From IMG/VR virus record IMGVR_UViG_3300046170_000302: a stretch of DNA of 64,000 nt, one strand, 5' to 3'. The notes under the pieces are model-generated. The model did no database searches. It was not told where the DNA came from and saw nothing but the letters and a program-made list of their open reading frames with translations. Below, one piece after another: positions 1 to 12,343 of this stretch (its first letter is position 1; every line of letters begins with the position of its first letter). Origin of the DNA: a virus (lineage: Duplodnaviria; Caudoviricetes). Made by a program: the position numbers and the translations under genes.

Positions 1-2
1 AG

Positions 3-2054
3 AACGCTTCTGTGTGGACACCTTCACAGTATGAAGATCTTACCTTCCAACTGTTTAGAGCTGACTTTGTTCCTAATGGTTCTGTTCAGTTCTTCAATCC
101 AGCACCTCCCGCTGAATATGAGGTAATGAAACCTAACCCACTCTCGATGACTTCAAACACCGTCAGAGTCGGACTGGGAACTACTGTTGTAGATACTGGT
201 ATTTCTGATGGTAACTTGATTACACAGGTTGGTAGTGAAGCTAGTGGTAGATTTGTTGGATTAGCTGGTTCAGTTACCAGTACACTAACACTTACGAATG
301 TTGGTACTGGTTTTACACCCTCCTCTGGTAGTCACTATACCTTTACTGGTATAGCACTTACTAGTTTGACCGGTAATGGTATTAACGCAACCGCAGACAT
401 TACGATTCAAAATGGTGTAGCTATTGGAGCTACTATTGTTAATGGTGGTAAAGGATATGCACTTGGTGATATTCTACAACCTATCAGTATTGGCAATCTT
501 TCACTTGGTGAAGGTATGAAACTTTCTGTAAATGATATTTACGGAGAGAATGAGTTAGTTATCGAAGGTGTTCAGGGCACATTCTCTACTGGTGTAAATG
601 ATGGTCTTCTCTATACCAACAATAGTGGTGTAACTACGGCTCTCAACTATCCTGGAGTTGTTGCTCCAGTATCACCTATTAGAGAAGTTAGTGATGGTCT
701 TCACTTTAAAGTATTCCACAGAAATCACGGGATGCACGCAACTGGTAACGTTGTAACTCTTAGTGGATTGAATACTAAAACAAAACCAACTACACTAACT
801 GCTGAGTATTCACTCACAGCTACTACGCCTATCTCAATTGCTAGTTCTATCTCACCAACCAACTTCGGTGAGTTTGAGGGTATTGGAGTTGGGGCAACTA
901 ACCCTGGATATGTGAAGATTGGTAGTGAGGTTATCAAGTATACTGGAGTGGCTGGAAACACCCTCACAGGTATCACTAGAGGTATCGATACCACACAGGT
1001 TGGTAGACACACTGTAAACAACCTTGTTTATAAGTATGAACTCAATGGTGTGTCACTGAGAAGGATCAACAGAACTCACAACCTCAACGAAACTACCAAT
1101 AACGAAAGAATTACTCTTGATACTTATGATCTCAAACTTGATATGAGTGATACTGATATTGGAGTAAATCGTAGTGGATCTGGACTGAAAAAACTCTTCT
1201 TCAACGAAACCATCGAAGGTGGTGGTCCTACTGGCAAGGCAACATACAATATTCCTTTTGAGATGATCATTCCTAAAATCAACACCATGGAACCAACAGG
1301 TACTAATATCTCACCTTCTGTTAGGACAACTAGTGGCACATCTGTATCAGGAGATGAACCATCATTCGTTGATAAAGGATTTAATGAAGTTTCCTTGAGG
1401 CAGGAAAACTTCTTCTCCGAACCAAGAATTGTGGCTTCTGGTGTTAATGAAAATCTTTATCTGGATGAACTTCCTGGCAATAAGTCATTCACAATGAACT
1501 TGGATCTAATCACTGATGATACAAGAATTTCACCAGCTGTTGATATTAATCAAGCTTCTGTTGTCTTTACTACAAATAGAATTGATGAACCCATTACAGA
1601 TTACGCTACTGATCCTAGAGTAAATTCTACAACAAACGATCCTAATAGATTCTTCTATGTGACTAAGAATGTGGCTCTTGAGAATCCAGCATCTGCTCTA
1701 CAAGTGTTCTTAGATGGATATGTACCACTTGAATCGGATTTGAGATGTTTCTACGCACTCAATCAAGATGGACCTGTTGATAATGTAATCTTTGTTCCTT
1801 TCCCTGGTTTTGGAAACTTTAATCCAAATGGAACTATTCTAAGTCAAGGAAATAGTAATGGAAATCCTGATCTAAATGTACCCAAAGTTGATCTTGTTAC
1901 TCCCAAACCTAATATTAGTGCTTATAAAGAATACAAGTTTAGTGTAGATCAACTATCACCTTTCAAATCATTTAGGATTAAGGTAATTGGTACTTCTAGG
2001 AATCAAGCAACTGTTCCAATGATTAGAAACTTCAGAGCGATTTCACTAGCATAA
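3..2054 (+). CDS. Large virion structural protein (VrlC-like), C-terminal part; frame open to the left edge
   Basis: Long Gly/Thr/Ser-rich beta-type ORF ending ...VPMIRNFRAISLA, two genes upstream of g13, as in cyanomyovirus synteny. Confidence 0.6.
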   Translation, partial: NASVWTPSQYEDLTFQLFRADFVPNGSVQFFNPAPPAEYEVMKPNPLSMTSNTVRVGLGTTVVDTGISDGNLITQVGSEASGRFVGLAGSVTSTLTLTNVGTGFTPSSGSHYTFTGIALTSLTGNGINATADITIQNGVAIGATIVNGGKGYALGDILQPISIGNLSLGEGMKLSVNDIYGENELVIEGVQGTFSTGVNDGLLYTNNSGVTTALNYPGVVAPVSPIREVSDGLHFKVFHRNHGMHATGNVVTLSGLNTKTKPTTLTAEYSLTATTPISIASSISPTNFGEFEGIGVGATNPGYVKIGSEVIKYTGVAGNTLTGITRGIDTTQVGRHTVNNLVYKYELNGVSLRRINRTHNLNETTNNERITLDTYDLKLDMSDTDIGVNRSGSGLKKLFFNETIEGGGPTGKATYNIPFEMIIPKINTMEPTGTNISPSVRTTSGTSVSGDEPSFVDKGFNEVSLRQENFFSEPRIVASGVNENLYLDELPGNKSFTMNLDLITDDTRISPAVDINQASVVFTTNRIDEPITDYATDPRVNSTTNDPNRFFYVTKNVALENPASALQVFLDGYVPLESDLRCFYALNQDGPVDNVIFVPFPGFGNFNPNGTILSQGNSNGNPDLNVPKVDLVTPKPNISAYKEYKFSVDQLSPFKSFRIKVIGTSRNQATVPMIRNFRAISLA

Positions 2055-2275
2055 TGAGTAAGATTCCGGTCAAAGATCATAGAAATCTGTATCGCGATGG
2101 TTCTTCAACGGCCATCGTGAATACAGATAGTGTAGGATATCAAGCCTATGTTGCAAACAGAGAGAAACTTCTCACTGATAAACAGAGAATTGATAACTTA
2201 GAAACTAAAGTAGAAGAGATCAAAGGTGATCTCACAGATATTAAGAATCTACTGGTTCAACTAGTAGATAAATAG
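2054..2275 (+). CDS. Small conserved hypothetical protein with C-terminal coiled coil
   Basis: 73 aa ORF coupled by TAATG overlap; heptad-like RIDNLETKVEEIKGDLTDIKNLL. Confidence 0.7.
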   Translation: MSKIPVKDHRNLYRDGSSTAIVNTDSVGYQAYVANREKLLTDKQRIDNLETKVEEIKGDLTDIKNLLVQLVDK

Positions 2276-2294
2276 AAAAAAAGTTGTTTAAATA

Positions 2295-3143
2295 ATGGCT
2301 CAACCTACTAATAGACAAGAATTAGTTGACTATTGTCTTAGACAACTTGGTGCTCCTGTATTGGAAGTCAACGTTGCCGAAGAACAAATTGACGATCTAG
2401 TTGATGATGCTATTCAATACTTTCAAGAAAGACACTTTGATGGTGTAGAGAAAGTATATCTGAAGTATCAGATCACACAAGACGATATTGATAGAGGAAA
2501 AGCAAGACCAGGTGATTCATCAGTAGGAATTGCTTCTACTAGTGCAACTACTAGTATTGTTGGAACTGCTACAACATTTACATACTATGAGAATAGTAAC
2601 TACCTACAAGTTCCTTCTAATATTATTGGAGTCAATAAAGTATTCCAATTTAATTCCACCGCAGCTGGATCTGGAATCTTCAATGTTAAATATCAGTATA
2701 TGTTGAGTGGTGTCAACCTATGGGGTGGTGCTGGATTCGACCTATTATCATATTCGATGACTATGAGTTATTTGGAGACAATGAACTTTCTCCTCAATAC
2801 TCATAAACAGATTAGATTTAATCAAAGATCTGACAGGATGTATCTAGATGTTGACTGGAGCAACTTGCAAGTGGACGAGTTTTTGATTATTGAGTGTTAC
2901 AGAGGACTTGATGGAGAAGATTACTCAAGACTCTGGAATGATTCTTTCTTAAAACCATATCTAACTTCACTCATTAAGAGACAGTGGGGTATGAACCTAA
3001 TCAAGTTCCAAGGTGTGAAGCTACCCGGTGGTATTGAGTTCAATGGTAGACAAATTTATGATGATGCTGAAAAGGAATTACAAATAATTCGTGAGAGAAT
3101 GACATTTAATTATGAACTTCCTCCTATGGATATGATTGGTTGA
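2295..3143 (+). CDS. g13: Neck protein gp13
   Basis: Typical start MAQPTNRQELVDYCLRQLGAPVLEVNV and end GRQIYDDA..ELPPMDMIG; synteny. Confidence 0.93.
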   Translation: MAQPTNRQELVDYCLRQLGAPVLEVNVAEEQIDDLVDDAIQYFQERHFDGVEKVYLKYQITQDDIDRGKARPGDSSVGIASTSATTSIVGTATTFTYYENSNYLQVPSNIIGVNKVFQFNSTAAGSGIFNVKYQYMLSGVNLWGGAGFDLLSYSMTMSYLETMNFLLNTHKQIRFNQRSDRMYLDVDWSNLQVDEFLIIECYRGLDGEDYSRLWNDSFLKPYLTSLIKRQWGMNLIKFQGVKLPGGIEFNGRQIYDDAEKELQIIRERMTFNYELPPMDMIG

Positions 3144-3144
3144 T

Positions 3145-4572
3145 ATGGCACTTAATCCTTTCTTTTTAAACGGTACAAAGTCGGAACAAGGACTTGTACA
3201 AAGTCTTATCAACGAGCAGTTGAGGATGTATGGTATCGAGTGCTATTACTTGCCTCGTAAATATATAACAACTAATACAATAATTAAGGAAGTTATCGAA
3301 TCTAAATTCGATTCTGCCTATCCTTTAGAAGCATATCTGGATTCTTATGAAGGATTTGGTGGTCAGGGAACACTTTTATCTAGATTTGGTATTGAAGATA
3401 AGGATGATTGCACTTTAATTATCTCTAGAGAGAGGTATGAGAACTATATTTCCCCTTTAATTGAAAATTTACCCAATATTGGGTTATCTTCACGTCCAAA
3501 AGAAGGAGATTTGATCTATTTTCCTCTTGGAGACCGTATTTTTGAGATAAAATTCGTAGAACATGAGCAACCTTTCTATCAATTAAAGAAAAACTACGTC
3601 TATACACTTACTTGCGAACTATTCCGTTACGAAGATGAGGTTGTAGACACTGGAGTTAGTAAAATTGATGATAATTTGGTCGATTTTGGTTATATTCAGA
3701 CTCTAAACATGATTGGAGCAGCTGTTACAGCGACTGCAACTGCTGGAATTTGTACTTTGGGTGCTGTAAATCTCATTAGTATGTCAAATATGGGTAAAAA
3801 ATACTCATATAGACCAGAAATTGGAATATCTTCCTCACCAGGAACGACTACAGTTGGTATTGCATCTATCACAAATGAGTATATTCAGTGCGATGGTATG
3901 TATGGTGGTATGATTGAGGCTATTGATCTAGTAAATGCTGGTTGTGGATACACTGTCAAACCTATGGTGAGTATCACTCCATCTGGAAATGATAATGGCA
4001 ATAGCGCTACAGCAACTAGTGGTATATCGACCAATGGTTCTATTCAGTTTGTAACCATTACAGGTGGTGGTTCAGGTTATACTACAAGTCCAAACTTTAC
4101 TTTTGTTGTTGGTGGTGGAAATACTACTGGTGTTAGTACTGGATTTGGTTATGGTGTCATCAATAACGCTGGTGTTGTCACCGCAGGTTATATTAGATAT
4201 GGTGGTGAAAACTACAATCTTACAGGAGTTACAACTATCACTAGTGTAACTATTGACAATCCTGTTGGACTTGGAGCTACTGTTGGCGTTGGGACTTATA
4301 TCTTCAATGAAGTTGTTACTGGAGGAACATCAGGAACCACAGCTAGGGTTAACTCTTGGGACGGAACAAGTCTCGAACTTACTATCAAAGTTGTTGACGG
4401 AACATTCTCAGGAAATGAACTTGTTATCGGACAAGAGTCCGGTGCTTGTTATGCACTCAGATCACAGATTGTTGATGACTTAGTTACACCATTCGCAGAC
4501 AATGATAATATTCAAACAGAATCAAATAAGATACTTGATTTCACTGATAGTAATCCTTTTGGGGATCCTTAA
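3145..4572 (+). CDS. g14: Neck protein gp14 with C-terminal extension
   Basis: MALNPFF..EQGLVQSLINEQLRMYG; FEIKFVEHEQPFYQL motif; ATG at 3145 follows the g13 stop. Confidence 0.92.
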   Translation: MALNPFFLNGTKSEQGLVQSLINEQLRMYGIECYYLPRKYITTNTIIKEVIESKFDSAYPLEAYLDSYEGFGGQGTLLSRFGIEDKDDCTLIISRERYENYISPLIENLPNIGLSSRPKEGDLIYFPLGDRIFEIKFVEHEQPFYQLKKNYVYTLTCELFRYEDEVVDTGVSKIDDNLVDFGYIQTLNMIGAAVTATATAGICTLGAVNLISMSNMGKKYSYRPEIGISSSPGTTTVGIASITNEYIQCDGMYGGMIEAIDLVNAGCGYTVKPMVSITPSGNDNGNSATATSGISTNGSIQFVTITGGGSGYTTSPNFTFVVGGGNTTGVSTGFGYGVINNAGVVTAGYIRYGGENYNLTGVTTITSVTIDNPVGLGATVGVGTYIFNEVVTGGTSGTTARVNSWDGTSLELTIKVVDGTFSGNELVIGQESGACYALRSQIVDDLVTPFADNDNIQTESNKILDFTDSNPFGDP

Positions 4573-4614
4573 ATATTATCTTGTTAAATAGTAGTATATC
4601 TAAACTATAGGACG

Positions 4615-5617
4615 ATGTTTGAGTATTTCTATAATGAGATTCTTAGATCCACAATTATTGGGTTTGGATCACTCTTCAACGGTATAGAAGTTCAACACCA
4701 GAACGACTCAGACCAAGCCGTGAGTGTGATTCAGGTTCCTATTGCTTATGGACCTACTCAAAAGTTTCTTGCTCGTATGCAACAAGAAGCTAATCTGAAT
4801 CGTCCTACTCAGATTACTCTTCCTCGAATGTCATTTGAGTTTAAATCACTCACTTATGACCCTTCAAGGAAAACAACAAAGAATCAAACATTTGTAACTA
4901 GGACACCTGACGGTAGTGAGATTAAGAGAGTGTATTCTCCTGTCCCTTATAATATGGGATTTGAACTCTCCGTCTATACGAAACTGAACGATGATATGTT
5001 ACAAATCGTCGAACAGATTCTTCCATACTTTCAACCACAATACAATCTCTCAATCAAGTTTCTTGGTAATTTGAATGAGATTAGGGATGTTCCCATTGTC
5101 CTTGATAGTGTGAGTATGGATGATGATTATGAGGGTAACTTTGAAACCCGAAGAGCTTTAGTATACACACTTCAATTCACAGCTAAGACCTATCTGTTTG
5201 GTCCTATTGCTGACGTTTCAGGAGACATTATCAGAAAGGTTACCGTTGGTTATCTTGCTGGTTCCAAGGGTGGTGGAGTTGCAACAAGAGACCTTACATA
5301 TCAGGTCACACCAAGAGCTACTAAAGGACTATGACAATAGTTTGATTAGTAACTTGGATGAGGATGTTGATATCTCACAAACAACTATCAAGATCACAAA
5401 TCCTGGTGGTGTCACTGAAAGTACTTATGTTTATGTTGGTACTGAAGAGATGTTCGTTGAAAAGGTTGTTGGTGACAGCATGAGAGTTAAGAGAGGTCAG
5501 GATAATACCAAGGCTTCTATTCATGTTCTTGGTACAGATGTTTACAGTATCACCAAGGAAGATAACAAGTTGATTGAATTCGGAGATGACTTCGGATTTA
5601 GTGGTAGTGTTTTTTGA
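4615..5617 (+). CDS. g15: Tail terminator / sheath stabilizer gp15 (one apparent +1 error near 5325)
   Basis: MFEYFYNEILR..VPIAYGPTQKFLAR..LPRMSFE; ORFs 4615-5334 and 5198-5617 join if one A is removed from ACTAAAGGAC. Confidence 0.9.
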
Positions 5618-5625
5618 GGTAACCC

Positions 5626-6033
5626 ATGACTAAGTATGAGAAACTTGATGAAGCTTTTGACGTTGAGCCAACAGAAGTAGAAGTAACGGAAAGGAAGATT
5701 GAAAAAATCAAATCCGGTTCAGAGGATATCAAGAGAGATTACGAATACACCAGGGGTAATCTCTATTCAATCATTGAGAAAGGGCAGGAAGCTATCGATG
5801 GTATCCTTGAACTGGCTCAAGAGAGTGAGATGCCTCGTGCGTATGAAGTCGCAGGTCAGTTGATTAAGAATGTGGCAGATGCCACAGATAAACTCCTAAC
5901 ACTCCAACAGAAGTTAAAAGATGTTCAGGAAGAGAAAGATACTAAAGGTCCGACAACTGTGAATAACGCATTGTTTGTTGGCTCTACAGCAGAGTTGCAG
6001 AAACTCTTGAAGAACAACACACCAGATAAATAA
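5626..6033 (+). CDS. g16: Terminase small subunit gp16
   Basis: DYEYTRGNLYSIIEKGQEAI..PRAYEVAGQLIK..NNALFVGSTAELQK. Confidence 0.9.
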   Translation: MTKYEKLDEAFDVEPTEVEVTERKIEKIKSGSEDIKRDYEYTRGNLYSIIEKGQEAIDGILELAQESEMPRAYEVAGQLIKNVADATDKLLTLQQKLKDVQEEKDTKGPTTVNNALFVGSTAELQKLLKNNTPDK

Positions 6034-6049
6034 CTAAAAAGATAATAAA

Positions 6050-6383
6050 ATGGCTACCCCGTCAGTCAATATTGTTATACCACAAGCTTCTGATTTTAGT
6101 TTTACATATATCTCTAAAAATTCTGATGGAAGTCTGAAGAATTTGAATGGTTTTCACTGGAGAGTCAAAGTTGAAGAAACATTCAACTTCTTCAACATCC
6201 CATTCCTTTACTGTTGGTATTAATACCATCACATCTGTGGTATCTCTTGCCATGACTTCTGGTGTATCTGTAGATATCAAATCAGGAAGATATCTTTATG
6301 ATGTAAGAATCACATCATCTGGTGGTTCTGTAGAAAGAATTCTTGAAGGAACGGCAGAAGTCACAGCAGGAATCACTACTTAA
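6050..6383 (+). CDS. Small putative virion protein (frameshift near 6155)
   Basis: MATPSVNIVIPQASDFSFTY.. continues into ..GRYLYDVRITSSGGSVERILEGTAEVTAGITT. Confidence 0.6.
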
Positions 6384-6452
6384 TTTCATCAAGAAGTAGA
6401 GGAGATAAATAGTATTTCAGGGAGAGAAATCCCAAAGTATTGCACTAATAGA

Positions 6453-9304
6453 ATGTCTAACGAAGACCTGCCGTCAATAAATGATATAGTAGAAGAGAGC
6501 AACCTTGCCCTCTTACAAAGATTTTATCGAAGTTAAACAGGAAGAGGAACTTCCTTCTGTTGAAGAATATATTGAAGAGAAAGTTGTAGAAGAGTCACTG
6601 ATAGAAGAAGAAGATATTGAAACTGTTTTATCAGAAACTGCTCCAGAGTGGTCAGGAATTAGTACGCCTTGTAAATGATGTAAGAAAGGATATACCGGAA
6701 ATACCGGAGATTAAGTATTATGATGAACAACTAAAAGAATTAAGTGATAAACTATCACAAATTCAAGATTTAAATGAAGACAAATTAACTGAAATTGAAT
6801 CAAAAATACCTGAGCTCCCGGAGGTCAAGTATTATGATGCAGATATTCAATTCATTTATGACAAAATTGGTCGTATAAAGGAAGAAATCAATTCTCTTCC
6901 AGAAGTAAAATATTACGAGAGTGATCTCAGTTCATTAAAATCAAGAATTGAAGAAGTAAATCAAAGTATTCCTACATTTCCTGATTGGATTCAGGAAGTT
7001 CAGGAGGTTCCTGATTTCTCTTGGATTGGTAAAACTTTTAGTATCATCGATGATGACTTTAATAAGGTTCAAGGACATCTTGATCTTATCAGAGAAAAGA
7101 TTGACTATCAGGTTAGTGAACTCAATGAGACTATTGGTAAGAAAGAATTTGAATTAAACATTGACATTAAGAATGTTGATAATAGTATCAATGATACAAA
7201 TATCTATCTTAATGAGACTAAAGATAAAATTTACAAAGAACTTAGAGATTCTTCTGTAAGAATTTGGGAGCATCACAAAGAGTTTAAGGATGATGATAGA
7301 AAATTAAAAAAATCTATCATAAGTGAGCAGAATAAACTAAAACAATCTCTCCAAGAACAAATAAAGGAGATTGATAGTCAGAGTGTAAAGGCTGACGAAG
7401 CTCTTTTAAAGTTTTTCAATGATCTTAATGAAGAAGTAAAATCACTTCCTGAAGTTAAGTATTATGATACTGAAGTATCTAATATTGTAGAAGATATTGA
7501 TTCTTTAAGAGTCAATATTGAAGATATTAGAAATATTGTTTCTTTAATCAAAAAAGATCAAAAAGAACTAAAAGAACTAAAAGAAAATTATTTACTAAAC
7601 GAACCACCAGACGAAAAAGAAAGTGTTGGTTCTGGTGTTGATCCACTCACTCCGATGGATCAAAAGTTTGCTACTTTGGATGATCTGTCTAATCACTATA
7701 GAATCTTCATCAGTCGCATTCAAACTCAACTTTCCACTATGGGTGGTGGTGGAGCAGGATTCATTAAGGATCTTGATGATGTAACATTTGATCAAACAAC
7801 AGGAAATAATAAACTTTTAATTTACAACTCAGAAATATCTAAGTGGGTTGGAATTGGTAGTGATGAATTCAATGCTGTTGGTGCTGCTGGAACTTGGGGT
7901 GTCGATTCTGTAGGAATTCATACTACAAAGGTTGTTGGTATCAATACAACATCCGCAAAGTCTGATGTTGCTCTTTTTGTTTTTGGTGACATTGAGGCTA
8001 CTGGAAATGTAACCGTTGGTGGAACTATCACATATGAAGATGTCAAAAATGTAGATTCCATCGGTATTGTTACTGCAAGAAGTGGAGTCAATGTTGGTAC
8101 AAGTGAAGAAATAGTATTATCACCAAATGGTAGTGCAGTATTCTCGGGATTTGTAACTGCTGGACAGTTCATAAGACCTGGTGGTACATCTTCTCAGTTC
8201 CTTAAAGCAGATGGTTCTGTAGATAGTAATACATACCTTACTTCTGAAGCACAAAGTCTTAATGGTGTTTTGGCACTTGGCAATACATCATCTCTTGGGA
8301 TGAGTGTTGGTGTTGTTACTGCTGCAGCATTCTTTGGAGATGGTTCTGGATTAAGTAATATTATTAGTGGTGTCGGTATTCAATCTGGCGGCGTTCGTAT
8401 TGGAACTGGATTTACTGATTTTAATTTTACCGGTGCTGGAATTTCCAGTATCGTTGGTGTAGGTGATACCATTACCATTGATATTCCCACTACCACAATT
8501 AGAAGACAGTTTGAAACTACATCGGGAGTAACAACTAATTTTACCATCACTGATGGATATACATCTGGATTTATTGATGTATTTTTGAATGGTGTAAAAC
8601 AAAGAAGTGGAACTGATTTTACTGCAACTTCAGGAACCGCAGTCACCATGACACCAGCTGTTGTTGGTGGAGACGTATTAGAATTCCAAGTATATGAGAC
8701 TACATCATTTGGGAGTTCTGGAGGTAGTGTAAATACAAGTGATGTAAGAGATGCGATTCAAGGTTATTATGGATATACCACTGACTACTATACCGTAGGA
8801 GTAGCAAATACCACTCAAGAAATTGGTGCGGGTGTTACTACAATGATTCAACCTAAGGTTGCTACGGTATATCAACATATGCCCACGGTCATGAGTAGTG
8901 TCAGTACTAACCCTTATGTTGGTACTGGTGCGACTATAGGCACTGGACAGACACAATTCTCATTAGCAGGATTAAGTTCAGGTGCTTCTTGTATTGTGAG
9001 AACTGCACTTGCATTCAACCCTGATGATGATAACTCTAACCTTGATGTTCAGTTGAAGTTCACTACTAATACTGCAACACAGGGAACTGGGTTAACTAAC
9101 TTTACAATCAAAAAAGAACAGGCACTCATCATGAACGAGGGTGCAGACCAACAATATATAAGTGAGAATCTATTTAACTTCTTTGTTGGAACAACATTAG
9201 AAGGGTCCACACAATCAAACGCTGGAAGTTTCAGCGTTGAAGTTGTTCCATCATCTGATGGAGAACTTGAAGTCCTCGCAGTAACCGTTAACATAGTAGC
9301 ATAA
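6453..9304 (+). CDS. Large coiled-coil plus fibre-like structural protein (frameshifts near 6510 and 6655)
   Basis: Acidic N-terminus, four PE[IV]KYY[DE] repeats in a coiled coil, then Gly/Thr-rich fibre motifs (GIVTARSG, DVFLNGVKQ). Confidence 0.7.
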
Positions 9305-9305
9305 A

Positions 9306-12084
9306 ATGGCAAGAGCAGTAAAAATCTTTGGTGACGCATCACAAGGATCCCTTTTCTTTGAAGGAGTTTCAATTCCTCCTGCACCTTTGGGTGGTATTGT
9401 CGTAGCAATTGAAAATCCTAATCGTCCAGGAAAGATTCGAGTTACTAGAACGGATCAGTTCCAGAAAGATGGTGTTACTCCAAGGGTTCTTTTCAAAAGA
9501 ATGCTTCCTAGTAGAGTTAGAAATAAACAGAACCAGTCCCTTATTTCTGACCTTGGGTTTAGTCTGGCACAGGTTATAAGTTACATCAATGACGAAGCAA
9601 ACAGAAAAGCAAACGAGATTGACTTTCAAAAGAATGGTTCTGTAGTTGGTAGTGGTAACACAATAAACTTTACTGGAGCAGGAGTTTCTGCTGTCACTGT
9701 TAGTGGTGATGTTGCAACTGTAACTATTACTGGTGGAGGGGGATCTGGAAATCCTGTAGCCAGTGGTACTATAGTTGGAGCAGGATCCACAACACTCAGA
9801 CTTACTCTGGATGATGCAACTAATGTTGATGTTGATGTGACTTCTATGAGAAGTACAACAGCAATTGGTTCATCAACTGCTTATTTCTTCCTGAATAATG
9901 GTGCTCAACTTGCTAACAACCAACATGATAAGGATGGTGGTGTAGTTTTCTATGGAACCAAAGTAAGAAGAGGGGAAGAACTTGTTTTTGCTTTACCATC
10001 TGATAACCTTCACATTGGTATATGGGATGGTGGTAATGGAGTAACAGGTGTTACTAATGTAAATAACAAATCCAACTGGTCTACCAAGTGGGCGTATGAC
10101 GTTAGTAACACTAGATGGTCAGATCATAATGTTACTAGAGGACAAACAGGAACAGATCTATCATCTGATGTTGAGACAGATAGTAGCACTTATAGTATCA
10201 AATTTGATTATGATACACAGAAACTACAACTTTGGGAAGTTGATACTGCATATAATTGGAAGTTATCAAATGCAAATGTTGGAGTTGGATCAACTGACAC
10301 TTATATTTTCTTCTCATCTGAAGAGGGTTCGCAGGCATCAACACCAGGAAGTCTCCCATCAGTATCACAAATAAGAGCATCTGAGTGGACACTTCAATCT
10401 TTTGTCAATACTCAAGCTGGTCCTACTATTCATACTGGCGTACAAGATGATGACATCTGGAAATCTACCAGATCAATGAGACCTGGTATGAAGATGAAGA
10501 CAACACTGAGTGGTGATATTAAACTCCATCACTGGAGTGTAGGATATGGTGGTACAACTGGTCTAGGCAATGGACCAAGTAATCCATATGGTGATGCAAC
10601 TGGTTCCTGGAGATCTTCAAATTCTCAGGAGATTAGATCAGAGCAAAACTCTACTATTAACAATAACTATACTGCTGCTGTTGATACAAGCACAAATCTT
10701 ACCTTAGATTTAGAAGGAAGAAATATTTCTTGGAGATATAACTCAGACAATAGTTGGGATCTTTTTGATGAAGATACTGACGAGGTAATCCTCACTGGTG
10801 ATACCAATCTTGATGGTGGTGATATGTATCCATATCTCTTTGGTGCAGCAACCATCAATACCTATACAACAGAAGTTCCACAATGGGAATGGGAATGGAA
10901 TGCTTCTCAGTGGTTTACTGAGTATCGTGATTATAGTGGTGGTGGAACCACCTTCGTGGGTAAGGTTCCAATTGTGAAACCACTGAAGACATATACCAGC
11001 AGTGGATCTCTGTCTGGTGGTTACTACTATCTTAGTAATGCAAGGTATAGATATACTTGGGGTGAGAAGATGAGACCTGGACAAGAGTTCTCTTGGACTC
11101 AACTTTCAGATAACTCTAATGGTGCTACCAAGAACAATATGGTTATTGGTGTTTTGAATAGTGACTCTGATGAGTTCACACATGGTGTCAGATTCCACCA
11201 ATTTGGTTATCCAAAAGAACAGTCAGATCAAGATACTGGATTTACACTCTCTGCTGGTATTGGTACTGATACTGCATGTGCTGGTACAAGTATGAGATTG
11301 AAGTATGAGTATGGAACTAATAAACTTGTATGTGAAAGAGTTACTGCTGGTGTAAGAACTAAAATTGGTGAATCCTCATCTGCACTAGATGGTAATCCAA
11401 TCTTCATTAGTCTTGGTGGAGAATCAACTAGAGTTCCTACCACACAGGGAGTTTCTGTATATGGTTGGGAATGTGTTCATAAAGGAGTTGGACACTACAA
11501 TCCATGGGAAAACTGGAGAATTGGTGGATTCCCTGAGAACCAAAGTAGTCTTGCTGTTGGTATTCATAGCACTGGTGAGTCCTCTTGCCTTCAAGGCAGA
11601 CCAGGTATGGAGACATAAGGATGGTCTAGCACCAGGATATAAGATGCACTGGTTGCTGCCTACCACTCAAATCAATGGTCAGATTGGTCAGTGGTCATCT
11701 TCTAATGCTTCTTCTGGTCTCACTAATGTAGAGAATCTTGATACCTATTGGGATTGGAGTTGGCAGTCAAACACTAGTGAAGAGATTGATGCACTGAAAG
11801 GATTTACTTTTAATACCGGCAACTCCAACTACTCTTCTACTAAGTGGACAGACCCAAGTCCTGGTAACACTAAGTTCTCTATTAGATACCATTCTAATAA
11901 TAGTATTGATATCTTTGATGAATCAAATAGTGCTATCATTGCAACTAAGGATGCTGCTGGCGACGGTAACCCCATCTATATCAGTTGGGTAGCAGGTGGT
12001 AATACCAATAGTCAAGCACAAATGCAAGATGACTTCTTCGGTGGTGGTGATGTGGGTATTGCACTCACTACAACATCCGTCTAA
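9306..12084 (+). CDS. Large putative fibre / receptor-binding structural protein (frameshift near 11580)
   Basis: ORFs 9306-11618 and 11389-12084 are compositionally continuous; Trp/Gly/Ser/Thr-rich repeated domains (VRRGEELVF, MRPGMKMK, MRPGQEFSW, LAPGYKMHW). Confidence 0.65.
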
Positions 12085-12104
12085 TAAATATTTAAAAACC
12101 TCTC

Positions 12105-12308
12105 ATGAGTAGAACTAGGCAAACCGCCGATATTGTTTCAAAAATAAACATTCCGCAACTAACAGAAGCTCAACGTGATGCAGGTTCTTTTGTTGCCGGT
12201 GCAATCATATACAATACGACATCAACAAAGTTAGAGTTTTATAATGGTTCTTCTTGGCAGTCACTACCTGGAATGTCTCTTGGTCTTACTGTAGCACTTG
12301 ATGGATAA
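12105..12308 (+). CDS. Small fibre-associated hypothetical protein
   Basis: GAIIYNTTSTKLEFYNGSSW motif, typical of phage fibre junctions; ATAAATA just upstream. Confidence 0.6.
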   Translation: MSRTRQTADIVSKINIPQLTEAQRDAGSFVAGAIIYNTTSTKLEFYNGSSWQSLPGMSLGLTVALDG

Positions 12309-12311
12309 GAT

Positions 12312-12319
12312 TATAAATA
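12312..12319 (+). promoter_or_regulatory. T4-type late promoter TATAAATA
   Basis: Exact TATAAATA 24 nt before the ATG at 12344. Related ATAAATA cores also lie at 2268, 6405, 16172, 19102, 50910, 54933 and 56209. Confidence 0.75.
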
Positions 12320-12343
12320 ACTCTTAGGAAACTCAAGAGTGAA

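Noticed and set aside
6780-7480. PEVKYY repeats as a DNA-level mobile or CRISPR-like repeat
   Set aside because: The copies are degenerate at synonymous positions, irregularly spaced and in frame, consistent with protein repeats
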